Part shown: positions 1 through 10,084 of the stretch, piece after piece
How the letters are laid out: the number at the start of each line of letters is the position of its first letter
Numbering within the stretch: position 1 is the first letter of the stretch
Notes under the pieces: generated by a model
Databases searched by the model: none
What the model was told of the DNA's origin: nothing
Seen by the model: only the letters and a program-made list of their open reading frames with translations
Assembly (NCBI GenBank): GCA_030639305.1
Contig: DAOWCY010000002.1
Span: 14,974 to 78,973 of the forward strand
Direction: 5' to 3'
DNA: 64,000 bases
DNA from: Candidatus Aminicenantes bacterium
GTDB taxonomy: Bacteria > Acidobacteriota > Aminicenantia > UBA2199
Position numbers and translations under genes: made by a program

Positions 1-878
1 CCCTGGCTACTCCTGTTGCCCGGGCCATGGCCGGGGATTTAAACATCGACATCGGCAAAGTGCGCGGCACGGGCCCGGCCGGTCGAGTTATGAAACAGGA
101 CATCCGGGACTACTATGAAAACCTACAAAAAGGCGAACTAAAAGTTACGCCCGCCGCGGCAGCGGCACAGCCCGGCGTACTGCCGGTGGAATATACGCCC
201 CTGACCCAGATTCGGAAAACCATTGCCCGGAACATGAGCCGTTCCAAACAGAATGCCGCCCACATGACGGTTTTTGAAGACGTGGAAGTATCGGAATTAG
301 TCAAACTAAGAGCGAAGTACAAAGAGCAATTTTCGCAAGCAGGCTTAAAATTTTCTTATATGCCTTTCATATTAAAAGCGGTGGCGGCAGCGCTGACGCA
401 CCACCCTGACCTTAATTCCGAATTGGACTTAGAAAACAACCGCCTGATCTATAAAAAATACTACCACATCGGCATTGCGGTAGATACGGACAATGGCCTG
501 GTAGTACCCGTAGTGCGCGATGTAGACAAACGCTCTATCCGGGACTTGACAGCCGGTATTGCCGCCTTAGCGGAAAAAGCCAGGGAGAGAAAGTTGAGCC
601 TGGAAGATTTTAAAGACGGTACTTTTACCGTCACCAACTACGGTTCTATTGCCGGGACGTACGGCGTGCCGGTGATAAATTATCCCCAGGCCGCCATCCT
701 GGGCAGCGGCAGGATCATGAAAGTGCCGCTGGTTAAAGGAGATGAAATCGTCATCGGCCAGGTACTGCCTCTCTCCATGTCGGTAGACCACCGCATCGTG
801 GACGGCGGCGCGGCGGCGCGGTTTATACTGGAAGTCAAAGCATACCTGCAGGATCCGGTATCGTTGTTTTTGGAATAG
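1..878 (+). CDS. Dihydrolipoamide acyltransferase (E2 of a 2-oxoacid dehydrogenase complex), 5'-truncated at the window edge
   Basis: The reading frame is open to position 1. The N-terminus reads like a peripheral-subunit-binding domain (PVARAMAGDLNIDIGKVRGTGPAGRV). The C-terminal catalytic domain carries the DHRIVDGG motif of 2-oxoacid dehydrogenase acyltransferases. Confidence 0.85.
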   Translation, partial: LATPVARAMAGDLNIDIGKVRGTGPAGRVMKQDIRDYYENLQKGELKVTPAAAAAQPGVLPVEYTPLTQIRKTIARNMSRSKQNAAHMTVFEDVEVSELVKLRAKYKEQFSQAGLKFSYMPFILKAVAAALTHHPDLNSELDLENNRLIYKKYYHIGIAVDTDNGLVVPVVRDVDKRSIRDLTAGIAALAEKARERKLSLEDFKDGTFTVTNYGSIAGTYGVPVINYPQAAILGSGRIMKVPLVKGDEIVIGQVLPLSMSVDHRIVDGGAAARFILEVKAYLQDPVSLFLE

Positions 879-887
879 GAGGAAAAA

Positions 888-2231
888 ATGGATTATGATC
901 TAATTATTATCGGTTCCGGGCCCGGCGGTTATGTAGCTGCCATCAGGGCAGGGCAGGTAGGTTTAAAAACCGCCTTAGTGGAAAAAAATAAGATCGGCGG
1001 CATGTGTTTGCACTGGGGCTGCATCCCCAGCAAAGTGCTGCTGGAAAATGCGAAAAAGATGTTGGCGGTAAAAGAGGCCGCGGGATTCGGTGTGTCCGGC
1101 ATCGACCTGGATAAACTCACATTCGACTGGAAAACCGCCTTAAAAAGATCGCAAAGGATAGTCAGGAGACTCAGCAAAGGCGTCGAATACCTGTTAAAAA
1201 AGAACGGGGTGGAAATCATACCGGGCGAAGCGGAAATTACTTCCGAAAATTCCGTCAGCGCCGCCAACCGCCTGTTAGAAACGAAGAATATCATTATCGC
1301 TACCGGTTCGAGACCGGCAAAGCCTGCCTACGAAGTGCCCCGGGGCGCCATCATCGAAATAGAAGAATTTCTGCGCTTAGAAACGCTGCCGCAGCGGGCC
1401 TGTGTGTTAGGCAGCGGCCCTCATACCGTGGAATTAGCTCAATTTTTCAACCTGATCGGCAGGGAAGTAAAATTATTAGTTCCGGGAGAACAACTGCTGC
1501 CGGGAGTAGACCCCTATTTAGAAGACTATATAAAAAAGACTTTCAAAAAATCGAAAATCGAAATTATCTTTTTCTCTGAATTGAAGGAGAAAGGTGACGG
1601 CAAAATCGAAGCGGACGGAATAGAATTGGACTGCGACCTTATTATTAATGCCGCCCTGCGCAGAGCGGTTTTACCTCCGGCAAAGATCGAACTTGCTTTA
1701 GATAACGGTTTTATAAAAGTAAACGATTATATGCAGACCGATTTTGCCAATATCTATGCTGTAGGCGATGTCAACGGCAGGAGTTACCTGGCCCATGCGG
1801 CTTCCGCCCAGGGGCTTCAAGCTGTAGATATGATAAAAGGTATCAAAGCAGAATATAAAGACTCAGCCATCCCCATGAACATGTACACCTACCCGGAGAT
1901 GGCCCAGGTGGGCTTATCGGAACCGGAAATCCAGGCCCGGGGCAGCGCTTACAAAGTCAGTGAATTCCCGCTTTCAGCCAACGGCAAAGCCCTTGCCGAA
2001 GGGCACAGCGAAGGAATCGTGCGCGTATTGGCGGACAAAAAATACGGCGAAGTGCTGGGTGTACAGGTTATTGCCCAACATGCCACCGACATGATCGCGG
2101 AAGCGGCTGCAGTATTGAAGTTGGAAGGCACCATTTTTGATGTAGCAAAGACGGTACATGCTCATCCCACGGTTTCGGAAGTCTTTATGGAAGCCGGTTT
2201 TGCTGCTTTCGACCAGCCCATCCACAAATAG
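888..2231 (+). CDS. lpdA: Dihydrolipoyl dehydrogenase (E3)
   Basis: N-terminal FAD fold IIIGSGPGGY. Redox-active disulfide motif GGMCLHWGCIPSK. C-terminal dimerisation motif HAHPTVSE. A GGAGG-like RBS lies just after the E2 stop. Confidence 0.9.
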   Translation: MDYDLIIIGSGPGGYVAAIRAGQVGLKTALVEKNKIGGMCLHWGCIPSKVLLENAKKMLAVKEAAGFGVSGIDLDKLTFDWKTALKRSQRIVRRLSKGVEYLLKKNGVEIIPGEAEITSENSVSAANRLLETKNIIIATGSRPAKPAYEVPRGAIIEIEEFLRLETLPQRACVLGSGPHTVELAQFFNLIGREVKLLVPGEQLLPGVDPYLEDYIKKTFKKSKIEIIFFSELKEKGDGKIEADGIELDCDLIINAALRRAVLPPAKIELALDNGFIKVNDYMQTDFANIYAVGDVNGRSYLAHAASAQGLQAVDMIKGIKAEYKDSAIPMNMYTYPEMAQVGLSEPEIQARGSAYKVSEFPLSANGKALAEGHSEGIVRVLADKKYGEVLGVQVIAQHATDMIAEAAAVLKLEGTIFDVAKTVHAHPTVSEVFMEAGFAAFDQPIHK

Positions 2232-2249
2232 CCCCGGCCCGGCAGGACC

Positions 2250-2882
2250 GTGATAGAAATAAGAAAATACGATCTACCCGACGCCCGGCTGCTGGAAAGC
2301 AATTGCGATGATGCCGAACTTTTGGTATGGACCCCGCCATTTTTTTGTATCGTAATGGGACAGTCCGGCAAAGCGGCCGAAGCGCTGCATGTAGAAACAG
2401 TAAAAAAAGATAAAATCCCGGTATATAAAAGACCTTCCGGAGGAGAGACAGTTGTTTTGTCCGGCCATACCTTAGTGATCTCCTACCTAAAAAAAAACGA
2501 ACCGCTGCGTTCACCCAAACTTTACTTCAACCGTTACAATGAAAAAATTATAGCAGCCCTGCGCGGGCTGGGAGTCGAGCATCTCTCCCGGGCAGGAATT
2601 TCGGATATATGTATCGAATCTAAGAAAATATTAGGCTCATCCATTTACCGGGATAAAGATACGCTGCTGTATCATGCTGTTTTAAACATTTCCGAAACGG
2701 CGGAGAACATCGGGAAATACCTCAAACATCCGGCCCGGGAACCCGGTTACCGGCAGGGACGACCACACCGGGATTTTGTAACCTCCCTAACCGACCGGGG
2801 CTATGATCTTAATCCTAAACTTATCAGGTCGATAATCTTAAAAAAGTGGGCAGAGGATGAGAAATTCGACCAAAAGCTTTGA
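2250..2882 (+). CDS. Lipoyl/octanoyl transferase, BPL_LplA_LipB family (LipB- or LplA-like)
   Basis: 210 aa. Motifs RPSGGETVV and KKILGSSIY..LLYHAVLN resemble the LipB/LplA catalytic core with the conserved lysine. It sits immediately downstream of the E2 and E3 genes. Confidence 0.55.
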   Translation: MIEIRKYDLPDARLLESNCDDAELLVWTPPFFCIVMGQSGKAAEALHVETVKKDKIPVYKRPSGGETVVLSGHTLVISYLKKNEPLRSPKLYFNRYNEKIIAALRGLGVEHLSRAGISDICIESKKILGSSIYRDKDTLLYHAVLNISETAENIGKYLKHPAREPGYRQGRPHRDFVTSLTDRGYDLNPKLIRSIILKKWAEDEKFDQKL

Positions 2883-2913
2883 AAATTATTAAATTTTATT
2901 GTAAAATAGGAAT

Positions 2914-4410
2914 ATGAATTTAAAAGAAAAGCTAAGAACTATTTCCCGGGACAAGTTTACCGGCTTCATTTATATCACTATGGCGTTCTCTGTTTTATTG
3001 ATCCTGCTGAGCATTATCAACCGCTTTTTCGACCTTGACGAATTGCGGCACCTGCACAGCACCTGGTACACAGCCAACGGTTATGCTCCTTACAGCGACT
3101 TTTTCCAGACCAGCCACCCCCTATTGTGGGTACTGCTGGCCCCATTATTCTTTATTTTCGGCAACTCCATAATCGTACTTTTTATTGCCCGGTTCATTAT
3201 GGTTCTCTTTACCTTTGCCGGCATCTACCTAATTTTTCTCATCGCCAAAATGGTCACCAGGTCAAAAGAAGTGGCCCTGCTGTCCGTCGTATTTCTTCTT
3301 TCATCAGTCACTTTTGTCCAGATCGGTATAGAGGTGCGCCCCGAAGTACCGCAGCTCTTTTTTGGGCTGCTTTCTTTCTATTTCCTGATGATTTTTTTTC
3401 GCCGCAGAAGAATTAAACACATTGTATTATCCGGGATATTCGCTGCCTGCGCTTTCTTGTTTATGCAAAAAACCATTTTCCTCCTGCTGGTCTATATCCT
3501 GGTTTTTGCCCATAAATTCTACAAAGGCGAACTCTTTTTAGAAAATAAAAAAAACATTCCTACAGGTAAAGAGAAGATAGAGGAAAATGGCAGATGGCCG
3601 CAGTTGAAAACCATAGGTCTTTTTATCCTCTCTTTTTTTACCCCGCTAATGGGCCTGTTTGCGTATCTAATCGTTAGCGGTTCTTTTTCGGAATATTTCT
3701 TAAGCAACTGGCTCGTACCCGCCGGTCTACTGGATTCATACTCCCCCTATCACACGATCTTAGGCCTGATAATCGAGAATCTCCTCTTCTGGTATTTCTT
3801 ATTTTCCGCAGCCGCTGTTTTTTTTATATGGAAAAGGAAGAAAGGCAACCGGGAAATACGCCTGCTGACATTTATTTCCATACTGCTTCTTATAGTTCCT
3901 ACCCTATTAACCAAGATGCCTGATCAGCAGAACTATTTGTTTTTCATTGCCTTTGGAGCTATTCCCGCCGCCTATATTTTCAAAGCCATTTGCATTAATT
4001 ACAATTTTAAGTTGAGAGGCAAGATCACCCTACTGGCAGCAGCGGTAATTTTGCCCATTTTTATTTTAACGGCGATGCTCACCGCATCAAACAAATTCCA
4101 GGTAGATAAAATAAGTTTTGTATTGGAAAATTCCTCAGATACAGACACGGTGTATGATGGAAGAGCCGAGTTTAACCTATTCAGGAAAGATTTGCACTAC
4201 TTCTGGTACGGTCTTTCCAACAAGAAGGAATTTGCCACCTACAACAAAATAACCGGCAATAAAAATTTCGGTAATTACGATATTTATGAATTGATTCATG
4301 ACAAAAAACCGAAATTTATTTCCAACACCAAGTTGAAACCGGAAAGAAGAGGATTGAGTAGGCTTTATATTAAAACAAATTTTAAGGATCTATATATAAG
4401 GAGAGAGTAA
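2914..4410 (+). CDS. Polytopic integral membrane protein, possibly a GT39/GT83-like glycosyltransferase
   Basis: 498 aa with at least 10 hydrophobic spans and basic loops. No diagnostic catalytic motif was recognised, so the function call is weak. Confidence 0.55.
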   Translation: MNLKEKLRTISRDKFTGFIYITMAFSVLLILLSIINRFFDLDELRHLHSTWYTANGYAPYSDFFQTSHPLLWVLLAPLFFIFGNSIIVLFIARFIMVLFTFAGIYLIFLIAKMVTRSKEVALLSVVFLLSSVTFVQIGIEVRPEVPQLFFGLLSFYFLMIFFRRRRIKHIVLSGIFAACAFLFMQKTIFLLLVYILVFAHKFYKGELFLENKKNIPTGKEKIEENGRWPQLKTIGLFILSFFTPLMGLFAYLIVSGSFSEYFLSNWLVPAGLLDSYSPYHTILGLIIENLLFWYFLFSAAAVFFIWKRKKGNREIRLLTFISILLLIVPTLLTKMPDQQNYLFFIAFGAIPAAYIFKAICINYNFKLRGKITLLAAAVILPIFILTAMLTASNKFQVDKISFVLENSSDTDTVYDGRAEFNLFRKDLHYFWYGLSNKKEFATYNKITGNKNFGNYDIYELIHDKKPKFISNTKLKPERRGLSRLYIKTNFKDLYIRRE

Positions 4411-4533
4411 TACCTCCCGAAAATGCCATAAAACCTTGATAATAGATAGTCTACAGGCACCAGTCCCTCTCCATGGGCGAAATAAAGGAATGGTGGAAAA
4501 TTGGAATAGCAGCGAAGCGGAGCCGCATTCACA

Positions 4534-4785
4534 TTAGCTCTCTTGAGCTCTCTTAATCGCTTCTAACAGGGAAGATAGCTTCGGTTTCGGGGGCGCCAGG
4601 ACCGAGTCGATTTCCTCTTTTGAGAAATGCTTCTCCATGAATGCCTGCACAGGAAAAACCTCGAACCAGCAGTCCGGCAGCTTACGGCAGGGAAGCCCAT
4701 TTGCCGCGGAACGGCAGTATTTGAAACCTAAGTGATGTCCTAAAATACGGCAGTATATTTCTTTACTATCATGTTCTTCTATCAA
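4534..4785 (-). CDS. Hypothetical small Cys-rich protein
   Basis: 83-aa ORF with several Cys and His residues (CRILGHH..CRSAANGLPCRKLPDC). No recognisable domain. Confidence 0.3.
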   Translation of the reverse strand: MIEEHDSKEIYCRILGHHLGFKYCRSAANGLPCRKLPDCWFEVFPVQAFMEKHFSKEEIDSVLAPPKPKLSSLLEAIKRAQES

Positions 4786-5042
4786 TGTTTTACACCTCGA
4801 ATATAAATTTGTGCCACTACATGGCGGTAATGAACAACATGTTGTACATGTTTCGAATCCCCACCGTCAGGTGGCTTTTTCCCAAGCTTTGTCTTGAAAA
4901 ACGCTGCGCCACGACAAAGCCGCTCAGGGGAAAACCGGCACGCCTGCTGTCCCGGGCTGCAGCCGCATCCCCCGGCGGGGCGCCCTCTAAGTGCACCCAC
5001 GCCGGGGCTGAATGCGGGAATGGGGTTAGATACCGGCTGTTA

Positions 5043-6494
5043 TCACCACTTGCCTGTTTTGGCTGTAGACGGTTTCGGTAAGTCCTTAAGCGGCTCTAAG
5101 GATTTTTTTATCTCCTCTTCGGGCAGCGGGTAATCTTCCAACGCACCCTGGAAGAACCTTTCATAGCCTCCTAAGTCCATAAGACCGTGGCCGCTCATGT
5201 TAAAGAGAATGGTTTTCTCTTTGCCCTCTTCCTTTGCTTTTTTGGCTTCCTGGATAGTGGCGGCCAATGCATGGCTGGTTTCCGGGGCAGCGATGATACC
5301 TTCCGTCCGGGCAAATAAAACCGCAGCATCATAGCACTCCATTTGGTGAATAGCACGGGGTTTGAGCAGTCCCTCTACGATCGCCTGCGATACTAAGGGC
5401 GACATGCCGTGGTACCTGAGACCTCCGGCGTGAATGGGCGGAGGCACAAAATCATGGCCTAAAGAATACATAGGCAGAAGCGGCGTCATTTTGGCAATGT
5501 CACCATGATCATAAGCAAAAGGCGCCCGGGTCATAGTCGGGCATGAAGTAGGTTCTACCGGGATGATCTCGATCTCCGCGCCGTTGATTTTGTCGTTGAC
5601 GAAGGGGAAAGCCAGACCGGCGAAATTACTGCCGCCGCCGGCGCAGCCGATCACCACATCGACTTTTTTTACTCCCAATTTATCGAGCTGCTTTTTCGCT
5701 TCCAGGCCGATAATGGTCTGATGCAGCATAACGTGATTCAATACGCTGCCTAAGGAATAACGTGTTTTGCCGCTCTTATCGGTAACCGCTGCTTCTACTG
5801 CTTCGCTGATAGCAATACCGAGGCTGCCGGGCGTATCGGGCATTTTTTTTAGGATTTCACGGCCGGCATTAGTTTCTTCGCTGGGACTGGCAATGCAGTC
5901 TGCCCCCCAGGTCTGCATCATGATCTTGCGGAAAGGCTTCTGGTCGAAACTAATACGCACCATAAAAACTTTGCACTCTAAGCCCAATATGGAACAGGCA
6001 AAAGCAAGAGCGCTGCCCCACTGACCGGCCCCGGTCTCAGTGGTAAGCTTTTCGATACCGAACTGCTTATTGTACCAGGCCTGGGCAACCGCGGTATTGG
6101 GTTTGTGGCTGCCTGGAGGAGACACGCCTTCATTCTTGTAATAAATTTTGGCCGGCGTATCCAGGGCCTTTTCTAAATGAATTGCCCGGTGCAGCGGTGA
6201 AGGCCGCCAGCGGTAGAGAATACCCAGTATCTCTTCCGGGATATCGATCCAGCGTTCCGTGCTTACTTCTTGCTCGATCAGGTTCATGGGAAATACCGGT
6301 GCCAACATGTCCGGGGTAATAGGATTACCGTCCGGTCCTAAGGGCGGCTGCAAGGGAGTCGGTAGGTCCGCGGCCAGGTTATACCATTGGCGCGGAATCT
6401 CATCTTCGTTTAAAAACACTTTTGTTGTCATTTTTATACCTCCTTTTACCATATTTATATGGTGGTAATTAACAACATATTTTGTTTCATTCAA
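5043..6494 (-). CDS. trpB: Tryptophan synthase beta chain, long form (TrpB2-like PLP enzyme)
   Basis: The PLP-lysine region [13 protein letters not shown] and the glycine loop [14 protein letters not shown] are typical of TrpB. The length of about 480 aa fits the TrpB2 subgroup. Start is ATG with an upstream GGAGG. Confidence 0.8.
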   Translation of the reverse strand: MNETKYVVNYHHINMVKGGIKMTTKVFLNEDEIPRQWYNLAADLPTPLQPPLGPDGNPITPDMLAPVFPMNLIEQEVSTERWIDIPEEILGILYRWRPSPLHRAIHLEKALDTPAKIYYKNEGVSPPGSHKPNTAVAQAWYNKQFGIEKLTTETGAGQWGSALAFACSILGLECKVFMVRISFDQKPFRKIMMQTWGADCIASPSEETNAGREILKKMPDTPGSLGIAISEAVEAAVTDKSGKTRYSLGSVLNHVMLHQTIIGLEAKKQLDKLGVKKVDVVIGCAGGGSNFAGLAFPFVNDKINGAEIEIIPVEPTSCPTMTRAPFAYDHGDIAKMTPLLPMYSLGHDFVPPPIHAGGLRYHGMSPLVSQAIVEGLLKPRAIHQMECYDAAVLFARTEGIIAAPETSHALAATIQEAKKAKEEGKEKTILFNMSGHGLMDLGGYERFFQGALEDYPLPEEEIKKSLEPLKDLPKPSTAKTGKW

Positions 6495-6821
6495 GTTCCC
6501 AACCGTTCCGCTGGGTTCGTGCTGCCGGAGGAACTTTTAAAAAGTTTTGTTCCTTTTTTATTCTTGTTAATTTTGGGCTGCGGGCGCCCCCGCTGTGAAT
6601 GATCGAGGAAATCGTTTTTTGGTCACCGTCCCATTATAAAACAAAAATTGTAACATTTCAATAAAAAAATAAATTATTATCCGGTTTTGAATAAATCGGC
6701 CCTAAAACAGTTCATAACCGTTTCTTCCAGTAATTGAACCCCGGGTAGATTCAGTTTCCTAAAACTGAATAGTTAAGCTAAAAAAACTTGTAATTATTTC
6801 CTTTTTGGGGTATATTATGTT

Positions 6822-7565
6822 ATGGAAGAAAAATATAAGAGAATCGCAAAACTGTTGTTGAACTCGAAAAAATGTATCGCGTTGACAGGGGCAGGTATCT
6901 CGGCGGAGAGCGGTATACCTACCTTCAGGTCGAAAGAAGGTATGTGGGAGAAATACGACCCGGCTGTTTACGCTTCTATAGACGCATTCCACAAGGACCC
7001 CTCTAAGTACTGGACCATCAGGGGCGACTTTATCAGGAATTACGATGACTATAAACCCAACCCTGCCCACCTAACCCTGGCAGAGCTTGAAAAAATGGGT
7101 GTCCTAACATCCGTTATCACCCAGAATATCGACGGCCTGCACAGCAAAGCCGGCAGCAAGCAAGTGATAGAACTGCACGGCACGCTCAGGCGGATTTTAT
7201 GCATGCAGTGCAGTAAAGAGTACACTGCACCCAACGTACCGGATGGAACGCCGCCTTTATGCGACGAATGCGGCGGTGTGCTAAAACCGAACACCGTGCT
7301 CTTCGGCGAACCACTACCGGCGAAAGCGCTCTCCGAAGCCCAACGGGAATGCAGTACCTGCGATATAATGCTCCTGATCGGCACCTCGACTGTAGTTTAC
7401 CCGGTAGCCGCTTTGCCCAAACTGGTCAAAGAGAACGGCGGCCAGGTCATCGAACTCAACCTGGAAAACGCTTTCCCCTTTACCGATTATTTCATCGGTG
7501 AGAAAGCAGGCACAGCCATGCCGCAAATAATGGCGGAACTAAAAAAAATCAAGAACAATAATTGA
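6822..7565 (+). CDS. cobB: NAD-dependent protein deacylase, Sir2 family
   Basis: Classic sirtuin motif GAGISAESGIPTFR. Zn-ribbon cysteines CMQCS...CDECGG. QNIDGLH catalytic region. Confidence 0.85.
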   Translation: MEEKYKRIAKLLLNSKKCIALTGAGISAESGIPTFRSKEGMWEKYDPAVYASIDAFHKDPSKYWTIRGDFIRNYDDYKPNPAHLTLAELEKMGVLTSVITQNIDGLHSKAGSKQVIELHGTLRRILCMQCSKEYTAPNVPDGTPPLCDECGGVLKPNTVLFGEPLPAKALSEAQRECSTCDIMLLIGTSTVVYPVAALPKLVKENGGQVIELNLENAFPFTDYFIGEKAGTAMPQIMAELKKIKNNN

Positions 7566-7700
7566 AATCAGGCTAATAAATAACGCAGCTTAGACATTTA
7601 TGGGAGCTGCGGAGCAGCCCGGCTGAAAGCCGAAAGCCGAATGCTGTAACGTCTTAACTCTGTCACCGTTTTATGGTAAAATGGATATTAGAGGAAAAAC

Positions 7701-9032
7701 ATGTTAGATAATCTGAGCGGAAAATTCAACAAAGTGATGAAGTACCTCAAAGGTGAGGCTAAGATCACCGAAGATAACATCAAAGTAGCCATGCGGGAGA
7801 TCAAGCTATCTCTTTTAGAAGCAGATGTGAACTTCAAAGTGGTCAAGCAATTTATTGCCAATGTGAAAGAAAAATCTTTAGGCGAGGAAGTACAGCAAAG
7901 CTTAACCCCCTACCAACAGGTAATAAAAATCGTTAAAAATGAATTAGAAACGATCCTGGGCACAGAACATAAAGAGCTGAACACCTCATCCCAAAAACCG
8001 GCGGTAATTATGCTGGTTGGACTCCAGGGTACGGGAAAAACCACCACTGCCGGTAAACTGGCTTATTATTTAAAAGAAGCAGGTAAATCTTCCCTGCTCT
8101 GTTCTCTCGATTTAAAAAGACTGGCGGCTGGAGAACAATTGGAAATAATCGCCGCAGATGTGGGCGTCAATTATTTTAAACCCTCCTCCGGTAAACTGAA
8201 ACAAATAGGTAAAGAACTCATTAAAAACGCACAAGAGTACGGTTACGATTACGTGATTGCCGATACCGCAGGCAGACTGCACATCGACGAAGAATTGATG
8301 AATGAACTCAAAGCGGTAAAAAATCTTCTCAACCCCGCCGAAGTTATCTTCGTAGGCGATTCGCTGACCGGCCAGGACGCAGTCAACTCAGCCCTTAGTT
8401 TCTCGGAGAAAATCGGCATCGACTCGATCGTGCTCACCAAAATAGACGCCGACGCCAGGGGCGGCGCAGCCCTTTCGATTGTAAGTGTCACGGGCAAACC
8501 GATCAAATTTATCGGCGTCGGAGAGAAACACAGCGATTTTCAGAAATTTTATCCCGACAGGCTGGCATCCCAGATACTCGGCATGGGCGACGTGCTCACA
8601 TTGATCGAAAAAGCAGAGCAGCAGTTCGACGAGAAAGAGGCCGAACAAATGGCCAAAAGGATGATGAGCAGTGAATTCACCTTAGAAGACTTCTCTTTTC
8701 AATTACAACAATTCTCTAAACTCGGCTCTATGGGCGATATTTTCAATATGCTGCCTAATATGGGCGTTAGCCCGGAGATGGCCGCCGCCAGCCTCGATGA
8801 CAATAAAATCAAACACATGATCGCCATCATCAGTTCCATGACCCCCAGGGAGAAAGAGAAACCGAAGATTATCAAAGGCAAAAGAAAAAACCGCATTGCC
8901 CGGGGTTCGGGCCGCCCGGTACAGGAAGTGAATCAACTGCTCAAGAAATATTTCGAAGCCGGCAAAGTGATGAAAAAACCTTTTTTCAGAAAGATGATGA
9001 AAAAATTTGACTTTATGTCAAAAATGGGGTAA
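7701..9032 (+). CDS. ffh: Signal recognition particle protein Ffh
   Basis: N-domain start MLDNLSGKF. GTPase P-loop GLQGTGKTTTAGKLA and DTAGR motifs. Met-rich M-domain at the C-terminus. Confidence 0.95.
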   Translation: MLDNLSGKFNKVMKYLKGEAKITEDNIKVAMREIKLSLLEADVNFKVVKQFIANVKEKSLGEEVQQSLTPYQQVIKIVKNELETILGTEHKELNTSSQKPAVIMLVGLQGTGKTTTAGKLAYYLKEAGKSSLLCSLDLKRLAAGEQLEIIAADVGVNYFKPSSGKLKQIGKELIKNAQEYGYDYVIADTAGRLHIDEELMNELKAVKNLLNPAEVIFVGDSLTGQDAVNSALSFSEKIGIDSIVLTKIDADARGGAALSIVSVTGKPIKFIGVGEKHSDFQKFYPDRLASQILGMGDVLTLIEKAEQQFDEKEAEQMAKRMMSSEFTLEDFSFQLQQFSKLGSMGDIFNMLPNMGVSPEMAAASLDDNKIKHMIAIISSMTPREKEKPKIIKGKRKNRIARGSGRPVQEVNQLLKKYFEAGKVMKKPFFRKMMKKFDFMSKMG

Positions 9033-9068
9033 AGTTAGCCTTAAAACCTAAAATTCGGAGTATAAACA

Positions 9069-9311
9069 ATGGTTGTGATAAGACTAACGCGACTTGGCAC
9101 GAGACACAAGCCTTTCTACAGGATAGTGGCGACGGACAGAAGAAGACCACGGGAATCACGTTATATCGATTTAATCGGGTACTATAATCCCATGCGGGAA
9201 GAACCTGATATAAAAATTAATTTTGATAAATATAATGAATGGATTCACAAAGGAGCAAAACCATCTGCAACAGTTAAATCGTTAATTAAGAAGGTTAAAC
9301 CAGATAATTAA
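9069..9311 (+). CDS. rpsP: 30S ribosomal protein S16
   Basis: [23 protein letters not shown] is the canonical S16 N-terminus. It follows ffh, as in the conserved operon. Confidence 0.95.
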   Translation: MVVIRLTRLGTRHKPFYRIVATDRRRPRESRYIDLIGYYNPMREEPDIKINFDKYNEWIHKGAKPSATVKSLIKKVKPDN

Positions 9312-9321
9312 GGAGGTCAAC

Positions 9322-9582
9322 GTGAAAGAACTTGTTGAAACAGTATGTAAATCATTGGTAGACAATCCTGAAGAAGTCAAAGTAACTCAAATTGACGGGG
9401 AACAAACTACGATCCTGGAGTTAAGAGTTCACCAATCCGATTTAGGAAAGGTGATCGGCAAACAGGGCAGAACTGCAAGAGCTGTTAGAACGATCCTTGC
9501 CGCTGCGGGAATGAAGCAGAGAAGACGGTTCAACCTGGAAATCATCGAAGACAGCAAACGTTTCGAAGACAAACCCGAATAG
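9322..9582 (+). CDS. KH-domain RNA-binding protein (YlqC/UPF0109 family)
   Basis: 86 aa with the KH GXXG loop ([13 protein letters not shown]). It lies between rpsP and rimM as in many bacteria. Confidence 0.8.
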   Translation: MKELVETVCKSLVDNPEEVKVTQIDGEQTTILELRVHQSDLGKVIGKQGRTARAVRTILAAAGMKQRRRFNLEIIEDSKRFEDKPE

Positions 9583-9589
9583 TTTTTAC

Positions 9590-10084
9590 TTGATTTCCCA
9601 CGGGAAAATTGTAAAAGTTCGAGGTAACAAGGGTGAGGTGGTACTGGTCACCTCCCCTGGACGGGATATATATATCCCTGGAAAAGGGGAAACTTTAACT
9701 TTAGAATCCGCAAAATATCGCAAGAGCTTTGAAATCGAATATGCCGGGAAAATAAGCGGGGCTTTAGTATTGAAATTTGTAAATGTAAATACGATAAATG
9801 AGGCATTAAAGTTAGTCGGGTATCATGTACCGGCATCCCCTGCTCCCGGGCAGAGTACCCCTGCAGGAGAGATAACCGGGTTTACCGTCCTGGATGTAAA
9901 TGGACAGAGGTGGGGGAAAATCGTAAATATCGACAGCAGTACCCTGAATAAAATCATCGAAGTCCAGGACGAAGAAAAAATCTTTTACGTACCTTTCACC
10001 GGCTCTATCGTGAAAGAGATTAATGAGGAGCAGGGAATCGTTATCATCGATCCCCCGGCCGGCTTGAAGGAATTGAACCGATGA
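9590..10084 (+). CDS. rimM: 16S rRNA processing protein RimM
   Basis: TTG start straight after the KH-protein stop. GKIVKVRGNKGEV matches the RimM N-terminal beta-barrel, and a PRC-barrel-like C-terminus follows. The operon position agrees. Confidence 0.8.
   Translation: MISHGKIVKVRGNKGEVVLVTSPGRDIYIPGKGETLTLESAKYRKSFEIEYAGKISGALVLKFVNVNTINEALKLVGYHVPASPAPGQSTPAGEITGFTVLDVNGQRWGKIVNIDSSTLNKIIEVQDEEKIFYVPFTGSIVKEINEEQGIVIIDPPAGLKELNR

Noticed and set aside
4840-4870. tRNA-like T-loop sequence GTTTCGAATCCCCACC.
   Set aside because: The flanks lack complementary acceptor and T stems and there is no D-loop. No cloverleaf could be drawn, so it is not a tRNA. No tRNA or rRNA genes were found anywhere in the window.
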